Shown: one piece after another, positions 47,525 through 57,659 of the stretch | Layout of the letters: each line of letters begins with the position of its first letter | Numbering within the stretch: the stretch's first letter is position 1 | The notes under the pieces: generated by a model | Seen by the model: the letters and a program-made list of their open reading frames with translations, nothing else | Databases searched by the model: none | Told to the model about the DNA's origin: nothing | Assembly (NCBI GenBank): GCA_965223415.1 | Contig: OZ245002.1 | Coordinates: forward strand, 4,192,001-4,256,000 | DNA length: 64,000 nucleotides | Origin: Myxococcota bacterium | Lineage (GTDB): Bacteria > Myxococcota_A > UBA9160 > UBA6930 | Direction of reading: 5' to 3' | Made by a program: the position numbers and the translations under genes

Positions 47525-47545
47525 GATCCGGGAGGAGGTGGCCCC

Positions 47546-48016
47546 ATGGCAGACCAGGACAGAGCCGCGGTCCGGTTCCCGCCGCCGTTCGTTCCCCTGA
47601 TTGCGCTGGCGCTGGGCGTGGCGCTCCACCGGTGGGTGTGGCCGGCGCCCCTGCCGGTGAAGGGGCTGCTGCGCTGGGGCGCGACCGCGCTGCTCCTGGG
47701 CGGTGGACTGGCACTGATGGGTGCGGCCGCGGGCCTCTTCCGACGCACCGGTCAGGATCCGAAGCCGTGGGTGAGCACGCCGGAGATCATCGAATCCGGC
47801 GTCTACGGATTCACGCGCAATCCCATGTACGTGGCGATGGGTCTGCTGCAGGCGGGACTCGGCGTCGCCCTCGCCAACGGCTGGGTCGTCGGGCTGGTCC
47901 CGGTCACCTGCGCCGTCATCCAGCTCATCGCGATCCGCCATGAGGAGGCCTACCTCGAGCGGAAGTTCGGCAGCACCTACACCGCCTACAAGGCGCGCGT
48001 CCGGCGTTGGCTCTGA
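47546..48016 (+). CDS. Isoprenylcysteine carboxyl methyltransferase / PEMT family protein
   Basis: FPPP, TRNPMY, EEAYL..KFG..Y..YKARVRRW. Confidence 0.88.
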   Translation: MADQDRAAVRFPPPFVPLIALALGVALHRWVWPAPLPVKGLLRWGATALLLGGGLALMGAAAGLFRRTGQDPKPWVSTPEIIESGVYGFTRNPMYVAMGLLQAGLGVALANGWVVGLVPVTCAVIQLIAIRHEEAYLERKFGSTYTAYKARVRRWL

Positions 48017-48312
48017 CCGTGGCGGCGCCGTGCGAGGGCAACGGCGGCGCCTAGCAGCGGCAGGGTGATGGCGACTGCCCGCTGGGATGGCGGGACGATC
48101 CAGAAGGGGCTGCGAGGGTCGTCCGTCAGGAACGCGAGCCGGCCGCAGGGCGTGGCCTCCGCGCCGGTGAGTCCGGGCCAATCGAGGGTGGTGCAGGTGC
48201 CGTCGTAGGTCCGCAGCGCGGCCCCGACGTCGGCGAGGAGCAGCGCCAGCACGACCAGGAGGCCGGCGGCGAAGCCCTGGGCGGCCGTCCGGAGAGAGGG
48301 GGGAGATTCCAT
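47986..48312 (-). CDS. Hypothetical two-TM membrane protein
   Basis: Two hydrophobic helices flanking a Cys-containing loop. Confidence 0.5.
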   Translation of the reverse strand: MESPPSLRTAAQGFAAGLLVVLALLLADVGAALRTYDGTCTTLDWPGLTGAEATPCGRLAFLTDDPRSPFWIVPPSQRAVAITLPLLGAAVALARRRHGQSQRRTRAL

Positions 48313-48418
48313 GGGGCCCCAGAGAGCAAGCGGCGTGCCGCCGGAGGGGCGCTCTCGGCGGCGCCTGGGTGGCGCGGGCGTTCACCGGATGGCCCCGCCA
48401 TGCACGCGGTGACCGGGC

Positions 48419-49954
48419 TCAGTTGATCCCCTTCTCCATCCCCTCCCAGTAGGGCTTGCGCAGCTTGTACTTCTGCAGCTTGCCGGTGGCGGTGCGCGCC
48501 AGCTCGTCCCGGAACTCGATGGAGGTCGGGCACTTGTAGTGGGCGATCTTCTCCCGGCAGTGGTCGATCAGCGTCTTCTCGTCGGCCTCGCTGCCCGGTG
48601 CCAGCACCACCAGCGCCTTCACGGTCTCTCCCCACTTCTCGTGGGGCACGCCGATCACCGCCACCTCGGCGACGGCGGGGTGGGCGAAGAGCGCGTCCTC
48701 CACCTCGATGGAGGAGACGTTCTCGCCGCCGGAGATGATCACGTCCTTCTTGCGGTCCGTGATGGCGAAATAGCCGTCGTCGTCCAGGTAGCCCCCGTCG
48801 CCGCTGTGGAACCAGCCGTCCCGGATGGCCTCGCCGGTGGCGTCGGGCTGGTCCCAGTAGCCCTCCAGCACGTGGTTGGTGCGGGCCAGGAGCTCGCCCT
48901 CGTCGTCCACGCGCACCCGCACGCCGAGGGCCGGGGCGCCGGCGCGGCCCAGCTTCTGGGCGCGCTCCGCGGGGCTGAGGCCGTCCCACTCGGCGCGGGT
49001 GCGGTTCATCGTCAGGAGAGGCGCCGTCTCGGTGAGGCCGTAGATCTGGATGAACTCCCAGCCGAGCTCGGTCTCCACCCGCTCGATCGTTCGCGTCGGC
49101 GGCGGAGCGCCGGCCACGACGATGCGCACACGGCCGGAGCCGGGGATGGGCCCGTCCCACTCGGCGGCCGCGTCGAGGATCGCAGCGACCACCGCGGGCG
49201 CACCGCACAGCAAGGTGACGCCATGCTCCTCGACGCGGCGCAGGATCTCGGGCCCGTCCACCTTGCGCAGCACGACCTGTCTGGCGCCCATGCCGACCAG
49301 GGCATAGGGCATGCCCCAGCCGTTGCAGTGGAACTGGGGCAGGGTGTGGAGGTAGACGTCCCGGTCGTTGACCCCGCTCTGCCAGCCGAAGACCGCCGCG
49401 TTCAGCCACAGGCTCCGATGGGTCTGCTCCACACCCTTGGGCCGGGCGGTCGTGCCGGAGGTGTAGTTGATCACCGCGGTATGGTCCTCGTCCGGCTCCC
49501 ACGGCTGGGGCTCGGCGCCCGGGGCGAGCATGCGGGCATCGGACTCCTCTCCGAGCACGAAGCGGTGCTTGCACCCGACGCCCGCGAGGGTCTCGTCGAG
49601 CTCCGGATCGACGAGCAGCACGTCGGCGCCGCAGTGGCCGACGATGTACTCCACCTCCTCCCGCGAGAGCCGGAAGTTGATCGGCACGAAGATGCGGCCG
49701 TGCCCGCTCACACCCCAGAAGCAGGTGAGCAGGCGGGACGCGTTCTGGGAGACCATGGCCACGCGCCCGCCGACCGGCAGGCCCAGGCGGTCGAGGCCCG
49801 CGCCCATGGCCTGGGAGAGGGCGCCCAGCTCCCGGAAGGTCGTCTCGCCCAGGGAGGGGGCCGGCTGGTCCGGCTCGTCGACGAAGGCCACCCGATCCGG
49901 GTAGACGGCGAGGGCGCGGTCGAGGTGGTCGCGAATGGTCAGCGGGACCCGCAT
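48419..49954 (-). CDS. AMP-binding acyl-CoA synthetase
   Basis: YTSGTTARPKG, YGLTE, FHSGD, DRKKD, TGKLQK. Confidence 0.93.
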   Translation of the reverse strand: MRVPLTIRDHLDRALAVYPDRVAFVDEPDQPAPSLGETTFRELGALSQAMGAGLDRLGLPVGGRVAMVSQNASRLLTCFWGVSGHGRIFVPINFRLSREEVEYIVGHCGADVLLVDPELDETLAGVGCKHRFVLGEESDARMLAPGAEPQPWEPDEDHTAVINYTSGTTARPKGVEQTHRSLWLNAAVFGWQSGVNDRDVYLHTLPQFHCNGWGMPYALVGMGARQVVLRKVDGPEILRRVEEHGVTLLCGAPAVVAAILDAAAEWDGPIPGSGRVRIVVAGAPPPTRTIERVETELGWEFIQIYGLTETAPLLTMNRTRAEWDGLSPAERAQKLGRAGAPALGVRVRVDDEGELLARTNHVLEGYWDQPDATGEAIRDGWFHSGDGGYLDDDGYFAITDRKKDVIISGGENVSSIEVEDALFAHPAVAEVAVIGVPHEKWGETVKALVVLAPGSEADEKTLIDHCREKIAHYKCPTSIEFRDELARTATGKLQKYKLRKPYWEGMEKGIN

Positions 49955-50002
49955 AGGCTGCCTCCTGCTTCTGGCTGGATCGGCAGGGTAACCGAGGACG
50001 GG

Positions 50003-51820
50003 TCAGCTGCCCGAGCGGTAGGCGCGGGCCTGGATCTCGTACAGCTCCGCGTAGGTGCCGCCGTGTGCCATCAGCTCCTCGTGGCTCCCCACCTCCACGA
50101 CCCGCGCGCCGTCCAGCACGACGATCCGGTCCGCCATGCGCACGGTGCTGAAGCGGTGGGAGACGAGCAGGGTGATGCGCCCGTCCGGGGCGAGCTGTTC
50201 GGAGGCGCCGTCCCCGGCGACCGCCGCGTAGCGTTCGAAGAGGGCGTGCTCGGTCTCGGCGTCGAGGGCGGCGGTGGGCTCGTCGAGGGCGAGCAGCAGG
50301 GGCCGGTCGCGCATGAAGCCGCGGGCCAGGGCGAGCTTCTGCCACTGGCCGAAGCTCACCTCGACGCCCTCGGGCCAGGTGGGGCCGAGCTGGGTGTCGA
50401 GGCCCGCGACGAGCTGCTCTACCACGTCGTCGGCGCCGGCCCGTCCGACGGCGGCGCCGACCGCCGGCCGCTCCTCGATGCGGGGGACGTCGCCGACGCC
50501 CACGGTCTGCAGGGCGCGGAACTCGAAGCGGAAGAAGTCCTGGAAGGCGCCGGCCAGGCGCGTCCTCCACGCCTCGGCGGGCATGCGTGCCAGGTCGGCT
50601 CCGTCCACCAGGATGCGTCCCTTCGAGGGCCGGTAGAGGCGGGCGAGCAGCTTCACCAGCGTGGTCTTGCCGGCGCCGTTCTCGCCCACGATGGCCACGA
50701 CCGTGCCCGCCGGCAGGTGCAGATCCACGTCCTCCAGGACGAAGCGATCGGTGCCCGGATAGGCGAAGGACACGCCCTTGAAGCGGATGCCGTCCTTCAG
50801 CGCTTCCGGGACCGGGACGTCCGCGTCCTCCTCCAGCCGGGCTGCGTAATCCTCGAGCCAGGCCATGCGCCGTGAGCCGTCCATCCAGATCCCGCGCAGG
50901 AAGCCGATCTCGCCGACGGTGGCGCCGATGTAGGCCGAGAGCCGCGAGCCGGCGGCGAGCACGAGCAGCACGTTGCCCGGGGTCTCTCCGAGGCCCGAGG
51001 AGACGAACACCACCGCGCCGACGAAGGCGGCGCCGAAGACCAGCCAGGCCAAGGCGTGCCAGACCGCGCTGCCCCAGCGCGCGCCGGCCACCGGGCCGTA
51101 CCAGCGCTCCCAGGCCTCCCGGCGGCGGAGGGCCAGGCGCTCGCCCAGGCCCGTCACCCGCACCTCCTTGCCCGGCGGCGCGGTGGTGGCGAGGTCGAAG
51201 AGGTGGCGCGCCAAACGGTTCGCCGGAGCGCCCCGCTCCTCGGCGGCGCGCTCCACGCCCGGGCGCCAGGTGGAGGTGAGCACGGTCGGCAGGGCGAAGG
51301 CCGCCAGCAGCACCAGCACCGGATGGATCGAGACCAGGAGCGCCACGGTCACGCCGAGCCGCAGGATCCAGCCGCCGGTGCTGAACAGCGACATGTACAT
51401 GTGGTCGAGGACGAAGACCTGGTCCCGCAGCACCGCCAGCCGGTCGAGATGCTCCGGGCGCTCGTGGTGCTCGATCGTCGACACCGAAGCCTGCAGGCGG
51501 GCCACGTGGGTCTCGAGGGCGATGGTCACCTGGTCGCGGAAGCGGCGCTGGGTGCGGTCGCTGATCACCCGCAGGAACCAGGTGGCGGCGGCCGACACAC
51601 CCAGGCCGACGGCGGCGACGCTGACGAGGGTGCCGTCGTCGCCCAGTACGCCGTCCGCCAGTAGCTTGAGCCACAGGGCGAGGAGCGCATCGGGCAGCGC
51701 CGCGAGGAGGGACAGACCGAAGGCCACGACGAGGAGCCTCGGCTCGGCCTCGTAGCCGCGCTTCAGCGCTCGCCACATCGAGGAGAGGGCCGGCGGCAGC
51801 TCGTCGTCAGTCGAGGACAT
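50003..51820 (-). CDS. ABC exporter subunit (TMD+NBD) with degenerate signature
   Basis: GENGAGKT, VSFGQ, LDEPT, SHR. Confidence 0.92.
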   Translation of the reverse strand: MSSTDDELPPALSSMWRALKRGYEAEPRLLVVAFGLSLLAALPDALLALWLKLLADGVLGDDGTLVSVAAVGLGVSAAATWFLRVISDRTQRRFRDQVTIALETHVARLQASVSTIEHHERPEHLDRLAVLRDQVFVLDHMYMSLFSTGGWILRLGVTVALLVSIHPVLVLLAAFALPTVLTSTWRPGVERAAEERGAPANRLARHLFDLATTAPPGKEVRVTGLGERLALRRREAWERWYGPVAGARWGSAVWHALAWLVFGAAFVGAVVFVSSGLGETPGNVLLVLAAGSRLSAYIGATVGEIGFLRGIWMDGSRRMAWLEDYAARLEEDADVPVPEALKDGIRFKGVSFAYPGTDRFVLEDVDLHLPAGTVVAIVGENGAGKTTLVKLLARLYRPSKGRILVDGADLARMPAEAWRTRLAGAFQDFFRFEFRALQTVGVGDVPRIEERPAVGAAVGRAGADDVVEQLVAGLDTQLGPTWPEGVEVSFGQWQKLALARGFMRDRPLLLALDEPTAALDAETEHALFERYAAVAGDGASEQLAPDGRITLLVSHRFSTVRMADRIVVLDGARVVEVGSHEELMAHGGTYAELYEIQARAYRSGS

Positions 51821-53603
51821 CGAGCTCCTCTCCTTCCTCGTCTTCGCCGAAGCGCTGTGCCTGGAGCTCGAACATCGTGCAGTAGCGACCGCCCAGGGCC
51901 ATCAGCTCGTCGTGGCTGCCCAGCTCGACGACCTTGCCGTGCTCGAGCACACAGATGCGATCGGCGTGCCGTACGGTCGAGAAGCGGTGGGAGATCAGGA
52001 TCGTCGTCGTGTGCCGGGTGGCCGCGAGGATGCGCTCGAAGATCTCCGCCTCGCCGCGCACGTCGAGCTGGGCGGTCGGCTCGTCGAGGAGCACGAGCCC
52101 GGCGCCCTGGCGCACGGCGCAGAGCGTCCGGGCGAGGGCGATGCGCTGCCACTGCCCTCCGGAGAGGTCGGTGCCGCCCTCGTAGCCCCGCGCAAGGATG
52201 GTATCGAGATCGGCCAGGCTGCCGGCGCCGGCCTCGGCGAGGGCCGCACGCACGACCTCGTCGGGGGCGCCCGCCGGCGCGACGTTCTCGCGGAGCGACA
52301 GCTCGAAGCGGATGAAGTCCTGGAAGACCGCCGTGACCCGCAAGCGCCAGCTCTCGATGTCGAGGGTCGTGAGGTCGAGGCCGTCCACCTCGATCGCGCC
52401 GGACTGGGGCTCGTAGAGCCGGCAGAGGAGCTTCGCGAGGGTCGTCTTGCCCGCGCCGTTCTGGCCGACGATGGCGAGGGACGAGCCCGCTGGGATCGTG
52501 AGGTCGAAGCCCGCGAGGACGGGCTCGCCGGTGGCCGGGTAGGCGAAGCTGACGTCCCGGAAGCGGATCTCCCGGGCGGGCAGGCCCTCGGCGGAAGCCT
52601 CGCCGCGGGTGAGCGCACCACCCCGGGCCATGCTCTCCCGGAGCCGCACGACGGCGGCGGCCGGCGCGGCGGCCCCGTCCAGGGCCCAGGAGAGGCCGCC
52701 GAACGCGATCATGCTGGTGCTGATGGCGGCGCTGGCGAAGGTGACGAGACGGTCCAGGGCAAGCGCGCCGTCGGACGCGGCTGCGGCCATCGAAGCGAAC
52801 ACGATCAGGTTGGCGCCGAGCACGAGCAGCAGGCTCCACACGACCGGCCGCTCGCGAAGCCGCGTGGCCTCCCAGCGCAGGTCATGGAGCTGGCGCCGCC
52901 GCGCGCGGAACCGCTCGACGGTCCAGCCCGCCAGGCCGAACAGCCGCAGCTCCTTCGCCGCGGGCGGCTCGACCGCGAGCCTGTAGGTGTAGTCGGCGTG
53001 GCGCTGGGCCTCGCGCACCTCGTCGGTGTTGCGGTCCCTCCACACGGCGCTCTCGCGCAGCAGCCAGTGGGTCGCCAGCCAGGCGCCGCCGAGCACGAGG
53101 GGCGCCCACCAGGCGTAGGCCGCCAGCACCGCGGCGGAGGCGAGCCCGCCCACCATCTCGACCAGGCCCGAGGCGATGAAGTCCATGGAGATGTTGAGCG
53201 GGGGGCCGCTGATGCCGAGATCGAAGTCGCGGCCCATGGTGAGATCGTTCGTGAGCTCGGGATTCTCCAGGTGGCCCATGCCCGGCGGGCCGACACAGGC
53301 TCGCGAGAGCTGGTCGTAGAGCCAGGCGGCAGTTCGGCTTCCGAGGTTGGCGGAGAGCGCCTGGTGCAGGGGGGCGAGCACCTGGAGCAGGACGAACACC
53401 ACGCCCACGAGGGCGAGGGGCGCAGCCAGGCTCTCTTCCCGCTCGACCGCGCCGATCAGCCCGCCCATGGCGATGGCGAAGAAGGCGGGCAGCAGGCCGC
53501 GGAGAACCAGGACCGTCCACCAGCCGAAGGCGAGGGCGCGGTCCGCCGAGGGCAGCAGGGCGAAGAAGCCCCATTCGTCGCTCGCCCTCAGGCGCCCGAT
53601 CAC
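51807..53603 (-). CDS. ABC exporter subunit (TMD+NBD)
   Basis: GQNGAGKT, LSGGQ, LDEPT, SHR; GTG start after GGAGGAGG. Confidence 0.92.
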   Translation of the reverse strand: MIGRLRASDEWGFFALLPSADRALAFGWWTVLVLRGLLPAFFAIAMGGLIGAVEREESLAAPLALVGVVFVLLQVLAPLHQALSANLGSRTAAWLYDQLSRACVGPPGMGHLENPELTNDLTMGRDFDLGISGPPLNISMDFIASGLVEMVGGLASAAVLAAYAWWAPLVLGGAWLATHWLLRESAVWRDRNTDEVREAQRHADYTYRLAVEPPAAKELRLFGLAGWTVERFRARRRQLHDLRWEATRLRERPVVWSLLLVLGANLIVFASMAAAASDGALALDRLVTFASAAISTSMIAFGGLSWALDGAAAPAAAVVRLRESMARGGALTRGEASAEGLPAREIRFRDVSFAYPATGEPVLAGFDLTIPAGSSLAIVGQNGAGKTTLAKLLCRLYEPQSGAIEVDGLDLTTLDIESWRLRVTAVFQDFIRFELSLRENVAPAGAPDEVVRAALAEAGAGSLADLDTILARGYEGGTDLSGGQWQRIALARTLCAVRQGAGLVLLDEPTAQLDVRGEAEIFERILAATRHTTTILISHRFSTVRHADRICVLEHGKVVELGSHDELMALGGRYCTMFELQAQRFGEDEEGEELDVLD

Positions 53604-53705
53604 CGCTGCGGCCTCCTCCCCTTTCCGATTCGCGCCAGGGCGAGCCGGAGGCCCATTAGGCCACAGCTCCGGGCCCGGGTCCATACCGGTTCCTATGCTG
53701 CGGCC

Positions 53706-53963
53706 ATGGCTGCACGCCTCGCTCACGTGTTCGTTCTCGGGCTCGTCGCCGCGACCCTCGGCTGCGCATCCACGGTTCCGCTCGAGCAGCATCAGGCCCT
53801 GGAGGCGCGGCTGGGCGAGCTCCAGGAGGGGCAGGAGCTGCTCCGCGGCGAGCTCGGCGAGCTGGAGGAGCGCAACGAGCAGCTCACGGCGATGGTCGCG
53901 GCCCAGCGGATGATCATCCGCGACCTCCGCTGCCGCCCTCAGCTCACGATCGAGGCCGAGTAG
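53706..53963 (+). CDS. Small coiled-coil lipoprotein
   Basis: Lipobox TLGC followed by a heptad coiled coil; TATGCT 6 nt before ATG. Confidence 0.7.
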   Translation: MAARLAHVFVLGLVAATLGCASTVPLEQHQALEARLGELQEGQELLRGELGELEERNEQLTAMVAAQRMIIRDLRCRPQLTIEAE

Positions 53964-54756
53964 CGGGGTCGGGCCGGCCGGGCTCCAGGTGGACGCGCTG
54001 GACCCGCATCATGCGGGGCTCGCGGCCGGCGTTGTCCGAGGTGGCGTGGAGGATCCACGGGTGACACAAGATCACGTCCCCCGCCTCGGCGCACAGCTCG
54101 GCGACCCGGACCGGGAGGCCGCCGATGACGCGCTCGCTCCCGAGGAAGCGCCCCACGCGATCGTCGCCGTCGCTCTCGGTGGAGAGCGCCCGCAGCCATG
54201 GATCGCTCGCGAGGAAGGCGAGCCGGGTCACCTTCATCTTTTCGCCGGGCCGCGGCGCGCGCCGCTCGAGGAAGCGCTCCATCAGGCGGTGGGAGCCCTC
54301 GACCACCAGCGTGCCTCCTCCTCGCGGCGGGACGTCGGCCAGGAAGCTGAAGAGCAGGGTGCCGGCCAGCGGGCGCTGGGGGAGCTGGAAGCCGAAGTCG
54401 GTGTGCCAGACCCGATGGGGAACGTCCCAGCCGCCCTCGGAGGCGGACGGAAACGAGATCAGGAACTGGCCCCAATCCCTGGGCACGTGCCAGCGGCCGG
54501 CGCCGAGGAGCTGGTCGAGGCTCGTGACCAGGCGCTCGCCGCCGATCGGATCGAAGACGGCCTGTCGCTTCAGATCCTGCATCTTCCACACCGCACCGGG
54601 CGTCCAGGTGTCCGGTGCGTCGCGCAGGACGCCCCGTCGGCCGAGGGTCTTCCACACCCGCTCCTCCATGGCCCGGGCTTCCCCCTTCGAGAAGACGCCG
54701 GAGAGGCGGACGAATCCGCGCTCCTCGAAGGCCTGGCACTGCTCCCGGCTCAGCAT
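53944..54756 (-). CDS. Phytanoyl-CoA dioxygenase (PhyH) family protein
   Basis: FEERGFV, WHTD, GGT..GSH, AGDV, LH...N...R. Confidence 0.85.
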   Translation of the reverse strand: MLSREQCQAFEERGFVRLSGVFSKGEARAMEERVWKTLGRRGVLRDAPDTWTPGAVWKMQDLKRQAVFDPIGGERLVTSLDQLLGAGRWHVPRDWGQFLISFPSASEGGWDVPHRVWHTDFGFQLPQRPLAGTLLFSFLADVPPRGGGTLVVEGSHRLMERFLERRAPRPGEKMKVTRLAFLASDPWLRALSTESDGDDRVGRFLGSERVIGGLPVRVAELCAEAGDVILCHPWILHATSDNAGREPRMMRVQRVHLEPGRPDPATRPRS

Positions 54757-54844
54757 CCGGGGGAGATACCGAAAGGCCCGCCGGTTTGCAGGAGGGCTTC
54801 GCGCGGGCCTACCCTGGCCGCGTCGGGGGACGAGGAGCACGCTC

Positions 54845-56422
54845 ATGAGGTTGCCGCTGCACGCGATCGCCGTTTTCTCCCTGCTGGCCGTTCCGGTCCT
54901 CCTGGGCTTCCAATGTACGCAGCTCGAGCCGGGCCTTCGCGCCGGCACCTGCCTGCGCGACATCACGCCGGTCACGCCCTCCCTGGCGCCTGCCTACCAA
55001 GCCGCGTTCGGGCACGCGGCCCCGGTGAACCACACGGACCCGGTCTACCTGGCCGGCTTCGGCGGCGACCGCCGGGCCACCGGCTACCACGACCGGCTGT
55101 GGGCCCGGGGCGTCGTGCTCGACGGGCCCGGCGGGCGCATCGCCGTCGTCGCCCTGGACCTGGTCGGCTACTTCTCGGCCGAGGTCGAGACGATCCGGGG
55201 GCTCGTCGCCCCCGAGTCCGCCGTCGACTACCTGGTCGTTCACAGCACCCACCAGCACGAGGGTCCGGACACCCTGGGCATCTGGGGGCCCACGCCGCTC
55301 ACCAGCGGCATCGACATGGGCTACCTGGACTTCGTGAACGACGCGGTGGCGAGCTGCGTCGACGAAGCGGTGGCGAACCTCGAGGTGGCGCGGGTCCGCT
55401 ACGCCACCGCCCACGGCGAGGGGCTCTCGCTCGGCGTCGACGCCGAGGACGACGGGCTCGGCGTCGCTGACGGCAAGGTGCTGGCCGGCGACGACCTGCT
55501 CGCCCCGGCCACCGGCGGCCGCATCGTCGATCCGCGCATCGCGGTGATGCACGTGCGCGAGCGCTCCCATCCTTTCGAGACCCTCGCGACCCTCGTCAAC
55601 TTCGCGAGCCACCCGGAGAGCCTCGGCAGCAACAACACACTCGTCACCTCGGACTTCCCGCACTACGTGCGGGAGCGCATCGAGAGCCAGCTCGGCGGCC
55701 TGGCGATCTGGGTGAGCGGCGATCTCGGCGTGCTCCAGGGCCCCCTCGACATCGACGTGCTCGATCCCGCCACCGGCCTCCCGGCGCCGCGTCGCACTTT
55801 CCGCTTCGCCGAGGTCCACGGCGCACAGATCGCCGACCGCGTGGTCGCCCATCTCGACGTTCTCACGCCGGCGGGGGACGCCACGCCGGACATCGCTTTC
55901 GGCACGGTGCGTCCCGTGGCGGTGCCGCTCGCGAACCCCTTCTTCCGCTTCTTCATCGCCGGCGGCGTGCTGAACACCCGGGGCGCGACCCTGTTCACGA
56001 ACGGCGTGCCCGATCCGGCCCTGGGCCAGCCCTTCCCGCCGCCCTTCCAGTGGATCCCCCAGGCCCTCGGCGAGGACGTTCACACCGAGGTCGGCGCCTT
56101 CCGCGTGGGTGAGGCCAGCTTCGGGGTGGTGCCGACGGAGCTCGATCCCCAGATCGGCGAGGCCTACCGGGCCGAGATGCAGGGCGCCGCCCATACCTTC
56201 CTCATCGGCCTGGGCAACGACGAGATCGGATACCAGGTGCCCGTGGCGAAGTTCGACTCGAGCTGTCAAGTGTGCGCGCCCTACGCCCTGGCCAACGTGA
56301 TCGACCAGTGCCCCCTGTACCCGAACATCGATTGCAGCACGGTCTTCCAGAACAACGTCGGGCCGGGCGTGGATCCGGCGGTGTCGGCGGAGATGATCCC
56401 CCTGTTGCAGCAGCTCCACTGA
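54845..56422 (+). CDS. Secreted neutral/alkaline ceramidase-like hydrolase
   Basis: YLAGF, HDRLWAR, STHQHEGPDT, NFASHPE, GLGNDEIGY. Confidence 0.75.
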   Translation: MRLPLHAIAVFSLLAVPVLLGFQCTQLEPGLRAGTCLRDITPVTPSLAPAYQAAFGHAAPVNHTDPVYLAGFGGDRRATGYHDRLWARGVVLDGPGGRIAVVALDLVGYFSAEVETIRGLVAPESAVDYLVVHSTHQHEGPDTLGIWGPTPLTSGIDMGYLDFVNDAVASCVDEAVANLEVARVRYATAHGEGLSLGVDAEDDGLGVADGKVLAGDDLLAPATGGRIVDPRIAVMHVRERSHPFETLATLVNFASHPESLGSNNTLVTSDFPHYVRERIESQLGGLAIWVSGDLGVLQGPLDIDVLDPATGLPAPRRTFRFAEVHGAQIADRVVAHLDVLTPAGDATPDIAFGTVRPVAVPLANPFFRFFIAGGVLNTRGATLFTNGVPDPALGQPFPPPFQWIPQALGEDVHTEVGAFRVGEASFGVVPTELDPQIGEAYRAEMQGAAHTFLIGLGNDEIGYQVPVAKFDSSCQVCAPYALANVIDQCPLYPNIDCSTVFQNNVGPGVDPAVSAEMIPLLQQLH

Positions 56423-57483
56423 GGCTCCGTTGCGCGCTGGCCGCGGCGCTCTGGGCGCTGGCGGCGGGGCCCGCCCTGGCCCATGTGGTGCTCGGCCGCG
56501 CGAGCCTGCGAGAGCATGTGGCTTTCGCGGAGGCGGTCGTGCTCGGACGGGTCGTCGAAGCGGAGGTGCGGGTGGGGCCGCCGGACCGGCGGCGCCCGGC
56601 GGTCACCGTGGTGGTCACCGAGGTCCTGAAGGGTTCGCTCTCGCCCGGGCCGCTGCGCTTCCTCCAGCACGGGCACGGCGTTGCGACCTTTCGAACGGGG
56701 GAAGAGGTGCTGCTCTTCCTGAGGCGGACGGAGAACGTCGCCGAGCTGGCGGATCCGCGCCTTGCGGAGGCGGCGCCCTGGACGTCGCTCCAGGAGCACG
56801 ACGATCGCTTTCCCCTGAACGGCGCTCACCGGCAGCCCACGCTCGCGGCGGCGCGACGCTATGTGGCGCTGGCACGGCTCCCCCGCGACGACCAGGCGGA
56901 CGCGCTTCGCGCCCTCACCGTCGACCTGCTGCTCGGGGTGGACACCCGACTCGCCGAGCTCGCGCTCCCGGACCTGGCGGTCTCCGCGGTGGTCCCGAAG
57001 CTGACGGACGAGGACGTGACGCGCCTCGCGCGCCGTATCGACGACGCGGGCGCGTCGATCGGGCTGCGCGTCGGTCTGCTCGTGGAGCTCTCGCGCCGGG
57101 GCCACCTCGAGGCCGGGCCGCGCTGGGTGCGTCTCCTGCAAGCGACCGAGGGGGGCGATCTGGTGGCCGCCTGCCGCGCTGCCGGGCGACATCCGAGCCC
57201 GCCCGTGACCGCCGAGCTGATCCGCATCCTGCAGGGCGGTGGCGCTGCCGCGCCGGCCGCCGCCCGCGCCCTGGGCGGGCCGGCCCATCGCTCCGCCGTC
57301 ACGGCCCTCGCCGCCGCCCTGGACGCCGACGACCCCTCCCTCCGGCACGCCGCCATCCGTGCCCTCGGCCAGATCGGCGACCGCTCCGCGCGCGCTCCGC
57401 TCGAGCGTGCAGCCGCCTCCCACCCCGACCTGGCCACCCGCCGCCGCGCGCGCGCCGAGCTCACCGCCCGCTTCGCCCCCTGA
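56419..57483 (+). CDS. Secreted HEAT-repeat protein; start uncertain (CTG?)
   Basis: Signal-like ALAAALWALAAGPALA, C-terminal LRHAAIRALGQIGD repeats. Confidence 0.7.
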   Translation: MRLRCALAAALWALAAGPALAHVVLGRASLREHVAFAEAVVLGRVVEAEVRVGPPDRRRPAVTVVVTEVLKGSLSPGPLRFLQHGHGVATFRTGEEVLLFLRRTENVAELADPRLAEAAPWTSLQEHDDRFPLNGAHRQPTLAAARRYVALARLPRDDQADALRALTVDLLLGVDTRLAELALPDLAVSAVVPKLTDEDVTRLARRIDDAGASIGLRVGLLVELSRRGHLEAGPRWVRLLQATEGGDLVAACRAAGRHPSPPVTAELIRILQGGGAAAPAAARALGGPAHRSAVTALAAALDADDPSLRHAAIRALGQIGDRSARAPLERAAASHPDLATRRRARAELTARFAP

Positions 57484-57659
57484 ACGCAACGCCGGGGACG
57501 TTCCTTGCATCTTGCGAACTCCCGCAACGCGGGAGGAACGGAACCTGCAACGGGTGGGGTTCAGGCACGCGGAAGCGCCTCGAAAGGCCGGTTCCGCGGC
57601 ATGGCGCCCCACAGCGGGGCGGATGCGGACAAGCCCCAGCCCGTGACGAGGAGGATGTC

